Assembly (NCBI GenBank): GCA_011390345.1
Contig: JAABSP010000006.1
Span: 35,108 to 99,107 of the forward strand
DNA length: 64,000 nucleotides
Direction: 5' to 3'
Source: Desulfobacteraceae bacterium
GTDB lineage: Bacteria; Desulfobacterota; Desulfobacteria; Desulfobacterales; JAABSP01
A program made the translations under genes and the position numbers. The notes beneath the pieces were generated by a model. It saw nothing but the letters and a program-made list of their open reading frames with translations, had not been told where the DNA came from and searched no databases. Shown piece by piece: positions 37,401 through 46,183 of the stretch. Each line of letters starts with the position of its first letter. Position 1 is the stretch's first letter.

Positions 37401-37613
37401 CTGGATAAGGGGGATATGGAACTGGTACTCTATCGGACCCATGACCTGAAAGGTCTTTCCGGCAACATCGGCGCGACCGAGCTTCACGAAGCCCTGTTGG
37501 GGGTCGAGGCGGAGCTGCGCCACAAGGAGGGGGAGAACATCGATCCGCTTCTGGATCATCTTGAATCCCTTCACCGCTCTCTGGTAAGCGCCATCCGTTC
37601 ATCCGGCTTCTAA
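34458..37613 (+). CDS. Hybrid sensor histidine kinase (TM sensor, PAS, HisKA, HATPase_c, REC, REC, HPt)
   Basis: H-box SHEIRTPMNAIVG. ATPase G-boxes DTGIGIS...GRGLQIC. Two receiver domains (LLADDN...IIDWRMPGLDG and LLVEDNEIN...ILMDIQMPVMDG). HPt motif HDLKGLSGNIGA. It overlaps the binding-protein gene by 32 nt. Confidence 0.9.
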   Translation: MQRSMKSISDKGSRSPSIAEKLTLTLAAALIFIAAIGILMTHARQTALIKETLKVTENRSLEKLKLQLGFLLYLASDSKRDAGEGGEADVFRGTGPETGRGYSKEAILFQIQQLAEKVARNEFIGRLTIIDSSGAILFQKEQRAFDPALLQTHSIGYQDLEGNLLENLGLLEIGLTEEPYQEINRRFLWGSIITVLFMLLTLIAAAGPLLRAYLRRFTEAIEERINGLAEPEPLPPRIGDIPIEFLPIFNALDRVSRHLEVCQFERKGEEFLHHHFVENAAEGIFMTSGEGRFIYVNRTLAKMLGYDGPERLIGKGFEMLAQCFSGSERRLDLQRLLDDRDEAIGFALQLCRNEGGRIWVSITARGFRQESGNIRTIEGSVIDITERRRIESLQRAKMMAEAEQNVKNAFMANISHEIRTPMNAIVGLTNLLMKSGINAKQRDYLGKIRASAQILMGIVSDILDYSRIESGELELESAPFRLDDILENLSDIFARQAAQKHIEMIISATEDVPNALIGDRMRLEQVLIHLTGNALKFTNQGEVSIVAEVLEKTGDRTTLQFTLSDTGIGISQERIPRLFSSFHPDHTGASGAGRGLQICTSLVRLMGGEINVQSDPGQGSKFFFTAAFERQIETQEIRPEPPAELAGKRILLADDNVTARETVDRMLKSFSFQTVTAESGEAAMEIVSKGELLLDLAIIDWRMPGLDGLEISKRIQRITPDLPIIIMTEFGSDATIERAEAAGVDAFVIKPVKQSSLFDTIIEVFGEKVIAAYKGITARPDLQEEAKALTGADILLVEDNEINQEVVRELLEGVGIQVTIAANGKEAIQILEDSEATGKKFDSILMDIQMPVMDGYEATRQIRASDLSGRDLPIIAMTAHAFTSDRDKCFQAGMDDYIRKPVDVKQLFSALTRWVQNNTSYPERAESPTGATPSVKGLPPISGIDLNAALKRLGGNEELYRKLLKTFVTEYASGVKVIRSALDKGDMELVLYRTHDLKGLSGNIGATELHEALLGVEAELRHKEGENIDPLLDHLESLHRSLVSAIRSSGF

Positions 37614-39124
37614 GGGATATCCCCCCCCTCGGGTGTCCATCGCCGGATATTGAGCTGCCCCGGAAAGGCCCGGGGTTTATACAGCGATGTCCCCAGCAGC
37701 ATCCGGAGGCACTCCTGGATGCTCTCGGAGATGGTTGGGTGCGGATAGATCAGCTTGAGCACCTCCTCCACCCCTTTGCCCTGATCCATGAAATGGGCGA
37801 TGGAGACAATGGTGCTGGATACCTGAGGCCCGGCGGCCCGCATTCCTAGAATAGTCTGCTCCTCGTCATCGCTCACGATGATCTTCACAAAGCCGTTGGT
37901 CGCCCGCATCGCGATGGCCCGGTTGAGCAGGTTGTTCGAATAATAGCCCACCCGATAGGGGATCTTCTGCTTCTGGCAGTTTTTTTCGCTCAACCCCACC
38001 GAGGCCACGGCCGGATAGAAGAACATCACCGTTGACATATTCTTGTAGTTGATGGGCCACCGCTTCAGGTCATACATGTGCTTCACCGCATACCGGGCCT
38101 CGGTCTCCGCGATGTTGACCAGGGCCGGATGATCCGTGACATCCCCTACCGCATAGATCCGATCCGATACCCGGCAGTCCGCATCCGTCTCCAGATGCCC
38201 CCGTTCGTGGGGGGTGATCCCGGCCCGATCGAGCTGAAGCACGGAAAGATCCGGGGTGCGGCCGATGGAGATCAGCACCGTATCCACCTCCACCACCTCG
38301 GAGTGGCCATCTTCGAAGTCGAGCACCACCTCCAGATACTCCTCTTCATGGCGAATATCTCTGAGCCGGGCCGAATGGATGATCTTGACGCCGTTGGCCC
38401 TCAGGTTCCGGCTGACGAACTCGCTCACATCCTCGTCCTCATAGGGGATCACTCGGTCCTTATGGTCCACTACATAGACATCGGTCTGGCAGAAGTTGGA
38501 GAAGATGGTGGCATATTCGCATCCGATGATCCCCGCGCCGATGATCATCAGGCGCCGGGGAAATTCCTTCAGCCGCAGAACATGATCCGAGTTGATCACC
38601 CGATTTCCGTCCGTGGGAATACCGGGAAATTCCCTGGGCTTGGAGCCGGTTGCGATCAAGAGGTGGCGGGCCTTGATCTCCTCGGTCCTGCCCCGGTGAT
38701 CGGTGACCTCCAAACGGTCAGGGCCGGAGAACGCGGCCCACCCCCGTTTCAAAGTCAGAGACCCGGGCCCCTCCCACTGCCCGGAAGAAAAGGATTCGAT
38801 CTGGGAGAGCATCTGATACTGCTTCTCCTTTGCGGCCTTGATTACGGTGTTCCGCAGGGCGTCATAATCGACGGTGAGATCCCCGGCCCGGTATCCCCGG
38901 TCCACTTTGGCCGCGATCGCGTAATCCTTTGAAAGCTCCCACATGGTCTTGGAGGTGAGGGCCCCCCACATGACCCCCGCGCCGCCGATCTGAGCCCCCT
39001 CCACAATACAGACCTCCCTGCCCTGATCCAGGGCGTGCATGGCCGCGGCAAACCCGCCGGGGCCGCACCCGATGACGCAGAGGTCATAAAGATCATTTTG
39101 ATTTCCGGCATCTGTTTCTGTCAT
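37610..39124 (-). CDS. FAD/NAD(P)-dependent pyridine nucleotide-disulfide oxidoreductase family protein lacking the redox-active Cys pair (SthA-like)
   Basis: GxGxxG present (VIGCGPGGFAAA). A second Rossmann motif (IIGAGIIGCEYA) and the C-terminal dimerisation motif YPHPTISE are also present. The usual GGTCLNVGCIPSK position reads GGAGVMWGALTSK. Confidence 0.8.
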   Translation of the reverse strand: MTETDAGNQNDLYDLCVIGCGPGGFAAAMHALDQGREVCIVEGAQIGGAGVMWGALTSKTMWELSKDYAIAAKVDRGYRAGDLTVDYDALRNTVIKAAKEKQYQMLSQIESFSSGQWEGPGSLTLKRGWAAFSGPDRLEVTDHRGRTEEIKARHLLIATGSKPREFPGIPTDGNRVINSDHVLRLKEFPRRLMIIGAGIIGCEYATIFSNFCQTDVYVVDHKDRVIPYEDEDVSEFVSRNLRANGVKIIHSARLRDIRHEEEYLEVVLDFEDGHSEVVEVDTVLISIGRTPDLSVLQLDRAGITPHERGHLETDADCRVSDRIYAVGDVTDHPALVNIAETEARYAVKHMYDLKRWPINYKNMSTVMFFYPAVASVGLSEKNCQKQKIPYRVGYYSNNLLNRAIAMRATNGFVKIIVSDDEEQTILGMRAAGPQVSSTIVSIAHFMDQGKGVEEVLKLIYPHPTISESIQECLRMLLGTSLYKPRAFPGQLNIRRWTPEGGDIP

Positions 39125-39296
39125 GGGATTTTACCGTCCATTTCTGTTCATCCTGTCCATAGAAAGTCCCTTTGATATTCCATCATAGAAGAAAAGCCCG
39201 GCCCTCGTCAATGAAAGATCAGTTTCAAACGGGGAATACAAATCGTTTACAAGCAGATGAAGGCTCTGATATATTTGAAAGGAAAAGAACAGGAGA

Positions 39297-39370
39297 GGCT
39301 TTTTTTTTATGATGAGGCTTTTTTTATGATGAGGCTTTTTTTTATGATGAGGCTTTTTTTTATGATATAG
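39297..39370. repeat. Tandem repeat ATGATGAGGC(T)n with T-tracts of 9, 7, 8 and 8
   Basis: Read directly from the sequence. It ends 24 bp upstream of the PilZ gene start. Confidence 0.9.
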
Positions 39371-39394
39371 AGGTGACAGGAGATTTCGATCCCG

Positions 39395-39907
39395 ATGGAA
39401 CCGACCGGAAAAAAGAAGTTAGAATCGAAAAAGGGATGGCGGGGCATTATCAATGTTCTCAGGCATCTGCCTGATTTCAGAAGATATTTAACGACAGCTC
39501 CCCGGGAGCGGCGGCTCTACACCCGGTTTCAGGTCAGCGATGATGTCTATGTGGTCTTCCGCCACCCCGTAACCCGGATCGGCCGGATCATCAACATCAG
39601 CCGCGGGGGGATCGCCTTTTCTGCAACGATCCCTCCTGAAAAAGTGGAGGAACTCTTTGAGATGGATATCTTTTTGGATCAGACGAGCTTCTGTCTGGAG
39701 AAGGTCAGGGGAAAACTGGTATGGAATGCCCCGGACTCGGGGGGAACCGCAGATGAACTGGCTCATCGGTACGGATTTCAGTTTACAGAGCTGACAGAGC
39801 GGCAGGTCTCCCAGATCGAACATCTGCTGAAGAATCATTCCCAAGGTGAGGATCACTCTCCGCCCTATCTGATAATTCCGGGCGGGGAGGGAGATGATGG
39901 AAGCTGA
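39395..39907 (+). CDS. PilZ domain protein (c-di-GMP receptor type)
   Basis: Canonical RxxxR (RERRLYTR) and (D/N)xSxxG (NISRGGIAF) motifs. Confidence 0.75.
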   Translation: MEPTGKKKLESKKGWRGIINVLRHLPDFRRYLTTAPRERRLYTRFQVSDDVYVVFRHPVTRIGRIINISRGGIAFSATIPPEKVEELFEMDIFLDQTSFCLEKVRGKLVWNAPDSGGTADELAHRYGFQFTELTERQVSQIEHLLKNHSQGEDHSPPYLIIPGGEGDDGS

Positions 39908-39998
39908 CACTTTTTCCTGCTTTGGGACGGGCCTGGGGTATAGCCCACAGGATGGGAGCTGTCGAAATTCTGCAATCGTTTTTGAAAAGAGGAGAATC

Positions 39999-40604
39999 AT
40001 GCAAAAAACAGGGCTGATCTGGGCGGTGATATTTACAATGCTTTCAATGATGCTGGTGATTTCCTGTGAAAAGGATTCCATCGAGAACGAGGAAGAGTTG
40101 GAAAGAGACTTTAGCCAACTCCCCTCTTTTACCGGATCTTCCTCGGGCTATGAAGTGTTTGAGCCCTTTTACAGCCCCGGAACCGATGTTCAATTCAGTG
40201 TCACTCACGCTGAAGATTCCAATTTTGCCCTTTATATAGTGGATGCAACGACCGGGGAAGTGGTGGATGCCCTCATATATGACCAGAGCGTCACTGATGA
40301 GACGACCTTGCGGTATGTTCCCCCGGGCGACTATTGGGTGGAGGTGGAGGCTGCGGGTAACTGGACATTTACGCTGACCGGCAATATCCATCTCTACCAG
40401 GACCCCAATAACCTGGAGACGGACTCTTCTCTTTATGTGGGCTGCGGCGAGGGGTGCTGTGAGGGCCGCGGCGGCGTGATCGGGTGCGACTGCACCACCG
40501 GGGAGTGCATCTGTGCAGACGATACCGTAAGCCTCAACTGCACCGAGTGCGAGTGCATCGGCTACGGCGATATGCCGAGCCCGGAACCGGAACCGGAGCC
40601 TTAG
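39999..40604 (+). CDS. Lipoprotein with PPC-like beta-sandwich and Cys-rich C-terminal tail
   Basis: I moved the start to MQKTGLIWAVIFTMLSMMLVISC (lipobox) after AGGAGA. The middle region FALYIVDATTGEVV...YVPPGDYWVEVEAAGNWTFTL resembles a pre-peptidase C-terminal domain. The tail is GCGEGCCEGRGGVIGCDCTTGECICADDTVSLNCTECECIG...PEPEPEP. Confidence 0.55.
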   Translation: MQKTGLIWAVIFTMLSMMLVISCEKDSIENEEELERDFSQLPSFTGSSSGYEVFEPFYSPGTDVQFSVTHAEDSNFALYIVDATTGEVVDALIYDQSVTDETTLRYVPPGDYWVEVEAAGNWTFTLTGNIHLYQDPNNLETDSSLYVGCGEGCCEGRGGVIGCDCTTGECICADDTVSLNCTECECIGYGDMPSPEPEPEP

Positions 40605-40736
40605 TCGGAATCGGAAGAGTGAAGAGCGGCCGTTTGAAAGTTTCTCAATCGATATCGATCCGCGCCGTATCCCATACGGAGAAAGGGATGGACTTGCCCT
40701 CTTTTCTCCGATTCCCGGCTATCATGCCGGTTCCGA

Positions 40737-41702
40737 TCACGCCTTTTCTCCCTCGTCCGCATGGATCTTCTCGAAGAGGGCCTCGGTATCCTCCCGCCGG
40801 CAGAGTTCCGACCCCGGGGTCATGACCGCAGCCCCGCCCGCGGCCAGACCGAAGCGGACCGCAGAGATACGGGAGTTGCCCCGGGCAAGGCTCAATACCA
40901 TCCCGGCCACCATGCTGTCTCCGGCCCCGACCTTGCTTTTGATGGCGACCGTGGGCGCACGCAGCCGGCGGGAATCCTTCTTGTCCACCATCATGGCCCC
41001 GGCCGCGCCCACGGAGATCACCACGATCTCGCTTTTGCCGCTCTCAATGATCTTTCGGGCCATCTCCGACGCGATCTCCTCCAGATGGGTCTCGTCTTCG
41101 ATATCCTCCTCATGGCTGAGGTCCTTCAGCTCATTGAGGTTCGGCTTGACCAGGAAGACCCCCTCTTCGACGCCTGCGGCCAGGGCCTTGCCCGAGGTGT
41201 CTATGATCACTTTGGCCCCGGCCTTTTTCGCGGTTCTGGCCACCTGTGCGTAGAAATCGACCGGAACCCCCGGGGGAAGACTGCCGCTGGCCACCACGAA
41301 ATCGGGATTTCCCGCTTTTTGGATTGCGTCGATGCAGGCTTTCCACTCCTTTTCCCTGATTTCGGGCCCGGGCATGCCGAACCGGTACTGAAGACCCGTG
41401 GCATTCTCATAGACCACCAGGTTCTCCCGGGAGGTGCCTTTGATTTCGATGGGCTCGTGGTCGATGCCCTCCTCCCGGAGCAGGTTTTTCAGCCGCTCTC
41501 CGGTCAGTCCGCCGGCCAGGTAGATGGCCGTTGCCTGTCCCCCCAGTTTGGCAACGGCTCTGGCCACATTGATCCCCCCGCCGCCGGGGTCATACTGGGG
41601 CCTGCCGCACCGGAGCTTCTTCTCCGGAACCACATGCTCCGCATTCGAACTCTTGTCCACGGCGGGATTCAGGGTAACGGTCAGGATCTTTTTCTGTTCC
41701 AC
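40737..41702 (-). CDS. PfkB-family sugar kinase (1-phosphofructokinase / 6-phosphofructokinase II type)
   Basis: Motifs GGGGINVARA and VGAGDSMVAG, 321 aa. Confidence 0.85.
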   Translation of the reverse strand: MEQKKILTVTLNPAVDKSSNAEHVVPEKKLRCGRPQYDPGGGGINVARAVAKLGGQATAIYLAGGLTGERLKNLLREEGIDHEPIEIKGTSRENLVVYENATGLQYRFGMPGPEIREKEWKACIDAIQKAGNPDFVVASGSLPPGVPVDFYAQVARTAKKAGAKVIIDTSGKALAAGVEEGVFLVKPNLNELKDLSHEEDIEDETHLEEIASEMARKIIESGKSEIVVISVGAAGAMMVDKKDSRRLRAPTVAIKSKVGAGDSMVAGMVLSLARGNSRISAVRFGLAAGGAAVMTPGSELCRREDTEALFEKIHADEGEKA

Positions 41703-41705
41703 CGG

Positions 41706-41906
41706 CTACTCCTCGTCGGCCCAATGGATACATTCCACGGGGCAGGTATCGATGGACTCCTGCGCACACTCTTCATCTTCCACTTCCGGATTTATCAACC
41801 GGGCCTTCTCCTCGTCCTCGTCAAATTCAAAGATGTCGGGGCAGAGTTCCACACAGCTCTCGCAGCCAATGCACTCGGGAATGTCGATGAAGATTTCTCT
41901 TGCCAT
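41706..41906 (-). CDS. Small 4Fe-4S ferredoxin
   Basis: 66 aa with [12 protein letters not shown]...CP and an acidic composition. Confidence 0.8.
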   Translation of the reverse strand: MAREIFIDIPECIGCESCVELCPDIFEFDEDEEKARLINPEVEDEECAQESIDTCPVECIHWADEE

Positions 41907-41941
41907 GGTTTAGGTCTCCTTTTGGAATGAATAAAATAACA

Positions 41942-42496
41942 TTATTTCAAGTAGATGCCTGCATACTGCTCCAGTCGGGCATGAAATTCGTCATGCTTGC
42001 CGGGGCCGATCCGCTCCTCTTCCACTTTGGCAAAATCCTTTTCCATGCTTTTGAGCTTTTCGGCCGGAACCTTGGCTTCGGCCATGGGAAAGAGGACCGT
42101 ATTCTCCTTATGGATGTGCTGGCGGAGCAGGTCGATATAGTTTCGGGCCGCCTTCCGGAACCGTTCCCGGCCCTGCTCTTCTCCCTCCAGCAGTTCCTTG
42201 ATTCCGGCCTCCATCTGGGTCACGAAATCCCGGCCGGCCTGGTGCTCCATGAGCATTACGCCGATGGGGCCTCCCTCCTTAGAAACCCCGGCCGCCTCCA
42301 TCGCGGGAAAGAGAAAATCCTCCTCCTTGCCGTGGTGGCAGCGGTCCACAAAGACCCGAAGAAATTCAAAGATGCCGTCGAAGTGTTCCTTCGGAACATT
42401 TTCTTTGGCTTCGTTCTTATTCACCACCGCACCCAATATATCGAGCATGTGAAGAACTCCTTCATGCTCGGCCTTCAGTTCTTCTGTCGGTTTCAT
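41942..42496 (-). CDS. Hemerythrin-like (HHE cation-binding) domain protein
   Basis: LKAEHEGVLHML...CHHGKEEDFLFP...MLMEHQAGR...HIHKENTVLFP, the His/Glu pattern of hemerythrin-like domains. Confidence 0.8.
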   Translation of the reverse strand: MKPTEELKAEHEGVLHMLDILGAVVNKNEAKENVPKEHFDGIFEFLRVFVDRCHHGKEEDFLFPAMEAAGVSKEGGPIGVMLMEHQAGRDFVTQMEAGIKELLEGEEQGRERFRKAARNYIDLLRQHIHKENTVLFPMAEAKVPAEKLKSMEKDFAKVEEERIGPGKHDEFHARLEQYAGIYLK

Positions 42497-42538
42497 TTCC
42501 TGTATTTCCTCATTTTGGGTTTTCCTTTCCCTTCAGCT

Positions 42539-43528
42539 TCATGCCTCTTCTTTGCCTTCGGATGCTTTCTCTTTTTTCTCCAGCTCTCCCCAGATCAGGG
42601 CCGCGGCCCCGATGATCCCCGCACTTCCCGCGTCCAGCGCGGAGGGGATCACCTGGATCTTGCCCTTGAAGACCGGAAAGAGGTTTTCCTCCATATGTTC
42701 CTTGACCGGGTCGAGGATCAGTTCTGCCGCACCCATCATGCCGCCGAAGAGGACAAAGGCCTCGGGGCTGAAATAGGCAGCGGCATCGGCCATTGCTTCC
42801 CCCAGAATCTTTGCGGTCCGGCCGAAGGCCCTTTCCGCGACAGGGTCCCCGTTCTTTGCGGCCTCATGGATTTTGTCGCCTGTCATCTCTTCCCATTTCA
42901 GATCTCTCAGGCCGCTCTTTTCGGTCATCTCCGAGAGCAGCTCATAGATGGTCCGGCGCAGGCCGTTGACCGATGCATAGGTCTCCAGACATCCCTTTTT
43001 TCCGCAGTTGCACTGCCGCCCCCCCCGGACGGCCGTCACATGCCCCATCTCCCCGGCAAAGCCGTCGTGGCCGTAGATGAGCTTTCCCTCTTCGATGATG
43101 CCGCTGCCCACCCCTGTCCCCAGGGTGATCTGGATGAAGTGGTTCATTCCTTTGGCAGCGCCGAAGCGGAACTCTCCCAGCGCGGAGGCGTTCGCGTCGT
43201 TGGTGATGGCCACCGGCAGATCTATGTGCCTCTGGATCAGCTCCACGATGTCAACGGTTCCCCAGGAGAGGTTGGGCGGGGTTTCGATCATTCCGGTATG
43301 GTGGTTCGCGTTGGGTGCGCCCACGCCGATGCCTTTGATCTCCACTCCATCGGAAACATCCCCTTTCAGATCTTCGATCTTCCCGAAAAGCCGGTCGAAA
43401 AAGGCCGAAGCCGGCTGATCCGCATGGGTGGAGATGCGTTGGCGGGCAACGATGCCGCCGTTTTGCTCCACAAGGCCGAATTTGGTGTTGGTTCCGCCGA
43501 TGTCGATGCCGAGAACTACGGATTTCAT
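42539..43528 (-). CDS. ROK-family glucokinase
   Basis: LGIDIGGTNTKFG and the ROK zinc motif CNCGKKGCLETY. I moved the start to MKSVV (43528). Confidence 0.85.
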   Translation of the reverse strand: MKSVVLGIDIGGTNTKFGLVEQNGGIVARQRISTHADQPASAFFDRLFGKIEDLKGDVSDGVEIKGIGVGAPNANHHTGMIETPPNLSWGTVDIVELIQRHIDLPVAITNDANASALGEFRFGAAKGMNHFIQITLGTGVGSGIIEEGKLIYGHDGFAGEMGHVTAVRGGRQCNCGKKGCLETYASVNGLRRTIYELLSEMTEKSGLRDLKWEEMTGDKIHEAAKNGDPVAERAFGRTAKILGEAMADAAAYFSPEAFVLFGGMMGAAELILDPVKEHMEENLFPVFKGKIQVIPSALDAGSAGIIGAAALIWGELEKKEKASEGKEEA

Positions 43529-43586
43529 GGGTGCGCCTCCCAACGGTTTTGTCGGGGATTCAGATTCAGCTCTGCCGGTTTCATGC

Positions 43587-45938
43587 TCACTCAGGTTCCG
43601 TTTTCAAATTCTGTGCTCCGGTTCCGTGATCCGGTTCCAGTAGATACCGCTGATTCGTGTCCGTGATCTCAAAAGGTTTACAGCCCGGGACCTTTGCCGA
43701 CATCGAAGGCGGTTCTTCCCGCCATGTGGCCGACACCTTCAGGAAAAGGCTTCCGTTCTCCCTTTCTATGAAGAGGCTGACAGGGCCGTAGGGCGTGGGG
43801 GTGGGGCCAAAGCAGACCTGCCGCCCGTCGGCCTCTTCTCTTTCGTTTGCCGATGCCTCCAGCCACTCCGGAAAGATCCCGGAACCGAAGATCAACCCCT
43901 CATCCTCCTCCCGGACAAAGAGGTTCCGGATCATCACCACCCATTCGGCCGCGGCCCATCCGTGGTGGCCGTCGCCCATGCATCCGCCCCGGGTGAGGGG
44001 GTGGATCGCCTCTGGCCACTGGCCCGTGGGGGAGGCAAAGTCGGCAACGGTGCGGATCAGATCCCGGTATCTCGGGTCCCCGCTTCTCAGCAGGGTCTGC
44101 GCGATGTCCAGGGTAAGATAGGCATTGATCCCGGAATGGATCATGTCCTGAAAGAACCCGCCCTGTTGAAAGCAGAATTCCATGAGAAATTCGGCTGTCT
44201 TCATGATGCGGGGGTAACCGGCCGGGGTGAGCCGGAGGGGATAGTCGGCCACCAGAGAGCCGATCGCGCCCGCGTCCATCCGCCGGTAGGGCGCGGCCGG
44301 AATGCCGCCCCGGCACCGTTTGTCGGGAATGGTGGAAATGCTCTTGAAGATGCTTCGCTCGAAATCGAGGGCCTCTTTGAGAATCTGCAGTGACCCGCGC
44401 TCCGATCCGAAGATCGAAACCAGACGGGCTGCTGATTTCAGCCCGGCAACGCCCCAGAAGTCGTCCCAATAATAGTAGTCATTGGGGCCGAAATGCTCCG
44501 CGCTGAAGCCCGGGGGCAGGAGCCCGTCATGGGGCAGGCCGTCTCCGTTTCGGATACGTTTTCGTTTGATCCATTCCGCGCCCGATACCACCGCATCCAG
44601 CCACTCTTTGCCCAGCCGGTCCCCGGTGAGTTGCTGATACCGGTCGATGATCCAGAGGGTCTGGCCGTTGGAGTCCCACTCGCCGGTCTGGGAGCGGAAA
44701 TAGCCGGAACGGCGCTGCCGCGCCGGAAAGGTGGAAAGAATCCGCTCGGCCCGCTCGGTCAGGTTGACTGCCAATATCCCATTGAGCATGAAGCAGGCAT
44801 CCCGGAACCAGAAGCGCCGATAGGTATAGGGCCCCGGCACCACATCCTTTGCCGAGAGCAGGATCAATGAACGGAGGGCCGCATCATAGAGAAACCGGAT
44901 CTTGGGATCGGGGATCTCCAGCTCGGCCGCGCCCGACAGAGCACTGCTCCAGGTCTTGGACGACGGCGGGGGCTGTGCCGTGAACCGGGAGCGCACCTCC
45001 TCGCCGGTCAGCGGAACTCGGAGGCTCACCTCTCGAATCCCGTCCCCTGCCACCGAATAGATCGCGGCCGATGTGGCCATTCCAACATCACATTCCACCG
45101 AATGCCTGCGGAAGGCATGATCCCCGCCCAGGCGGTGGAGAACATCCCCCTCCTCGTAGTTGGAGAAGCGCAGCCGTTCCGGAACTTCGCTCAGATGGAT
45201 ATGGATCTTCTCATCAACGATCCAGCCGGGCCCGGCTTCCTGATCTTCGTATTCGATCTTTTCGATGAACTGGATGCCCTCGGGGTTGTACGGCCGCAGA
45301 GCAATCGCCAGCCATGCCGGGTCCGGGGATTCGGCCTTTGCCGTCAGAACGAGGCAGGGAGTCCCATCGCAGACCTCCACCCGGGCAGCACTGATCATCC
45401 GCCGCCCATCCTGCAGGCAACGGGTGCGCACCGTCGGGTTCTCCCGGATATCCCACATCTGCTCGGCCTCTTCCAAACGGGAGGGAAGCAGCGGCTCTCC
45501 GTTTTCGGGGATGATCCAGCAGTCGATGGACCACCCGTCAAAGAGCGGCGTCACCAGCCCCCGCGGGTCGACAATGGGATAGAGCGGGGCAAAGGGCTGG
45601 CCCACCGCGGTCCAGTTCCGGTGGGTCAGGTTGACATGGGAAAAGGAGAATGCCCTGGGGATGAAGGAGACGTCTTTCGGGTTGAACTGGCGCTCCACCC
45701 AGAAGGGCCAGACCCAGTCCAGGTTGTGCTGGATCGCCTTGGTGTTTATCAGCCCCCGGGCATGGAACTGTATGCCGGCCCGAAGAAGCTCGATCGGCTC
45801 CTGCACCTCCGAGGGCTGTGAGAAGCGGCGCACCTGGGCCATCAGATTCACCGGATCGATGATTCCGTAGGCCCTGGCGGTTCGTTTGACGAGAAATTTC
45901 CACGGTATCCACTGTGTAAAGGGCATTTTCAGAGGCAT
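43587..45938 (-). CDS. Glycoside hydrolase family 15-like (glucoamylase / glucodextranase-like six-hairpin) protein
   Basis: 783 aa. YTYRRFWFRDACFMLNGILAV matches the GH15 Y..WxRD motif. Sugar kinases lie downstream in the same direction. Confidence 0.65.
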   Translation of the reverse strand: MPLKMPFTQWIPWKFLVKRTARAYGIIDPVNLMAQVRRFSQPSEVQEPIELLRAGIQFHARGLINTKAIQHNLDWVWPFWVERQFNPKDVSFIPRAFSFSHVNLTHRNWTAVGQPFAPLYPIVDPRGLVTPLFDGWSIDCWIIPENGEPLLPSRLEEAEQMWDIRENPTVRTRCLQDGRRMISAARVEVCDGTPCLVLTAKAESPDPAWLAIALRPYNPEGIQFIEKIEYEDQEAGPGWIVDEKIHIHLSEVPERLRFSNYEEGDVLHRLGGDHAFRRHSVECDVGMATSAAIYSVAGDGIREVSLRVPLTGEEVRSRFTAQPPPSSKTWSSALSGAAELEIPDPKIRFLYDAALRSLILLSAKDVVPGPYTYRRFWFRDACFMLNGILAVNLTERAERILSTFPARQRRSGYFRSQTGEWDSNGQTLWIIDRYQQLTGDRLGKEWLDAVVSGAEWIKRKRIRNGDGLPHDGLLPPGFSAEHFGPNDYYYWDDFWGVAGLKSAARLVSIFGSERGSLQILKEALDFERSIFKSISTIPDKRCRGGIPAAPYRRMDAGAIGSLVADYPLRLTPAGYPRIMKTAEFLMEFCFQQGGFFQDMIHSGINAYLTLDIAQTLLRSGDPRYRDLIRTVADFASPTGQWPEAIHPLTRGGCMGDGHHGWAAAEWVVMIRNLFVREEDEGLIFGSGIFPEWLEASANEREEADGRQVCFGPTPTPYGPVSLFIERENGSLFLKVSATWREEPPSMSAKVPGCKPFEITDTNQRYLLEPDHGTGAQNLKTEPE

Positions 45939-45940
45939 AA

Positions 45941-46183
45941 TCAGTTCGCTGCGTTGGAGGAAGAGCCGGTTTCAATATCCTTTCCCATAACGGGAGAAGC
46001 GATTTCCGTATCGGAGTTCTTGAATCGGCCGATCCTGGTTTTTGAGGGTCTCTTTTGGATGACAAAAGAGGATTTCTCCGGAAATAGATCGGTAATCGGG
46101 TTCAATATGTGCTGCTTTCGAATGTTGGTGACCCCGTTTCCGGAGAAGCGCTCGATATCGTTTTCCATCATTTTTTTCTCCAT
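45941..46183 (-). CDS. Small hypothetical protein (80 aa)
   Basis: Its start forms a TAATG overlap with the REC gene stop. Its stop lies 2 nt before the GH15 start. I recognise no homology. Confidence 0.3.
   Translation of the reverse strand: MEKKMMENDIERFSGNGVTNIRKQHILNPITDLFPEKSSFVIQKRPSKTRIGRFKNSDTEIASPVMGKDIETGSSSNAAN

Noticed and set aside
41900-43666. A 588-aa plus-strand ORF.
   Set aside because: It lies antisense to the hemerythrin and ROK glucokinase genes, both of which have clear family motifs. The ORF has Arg/Gly/His/Leu-rich antisense-type composition and spans two opposite-strand genes.
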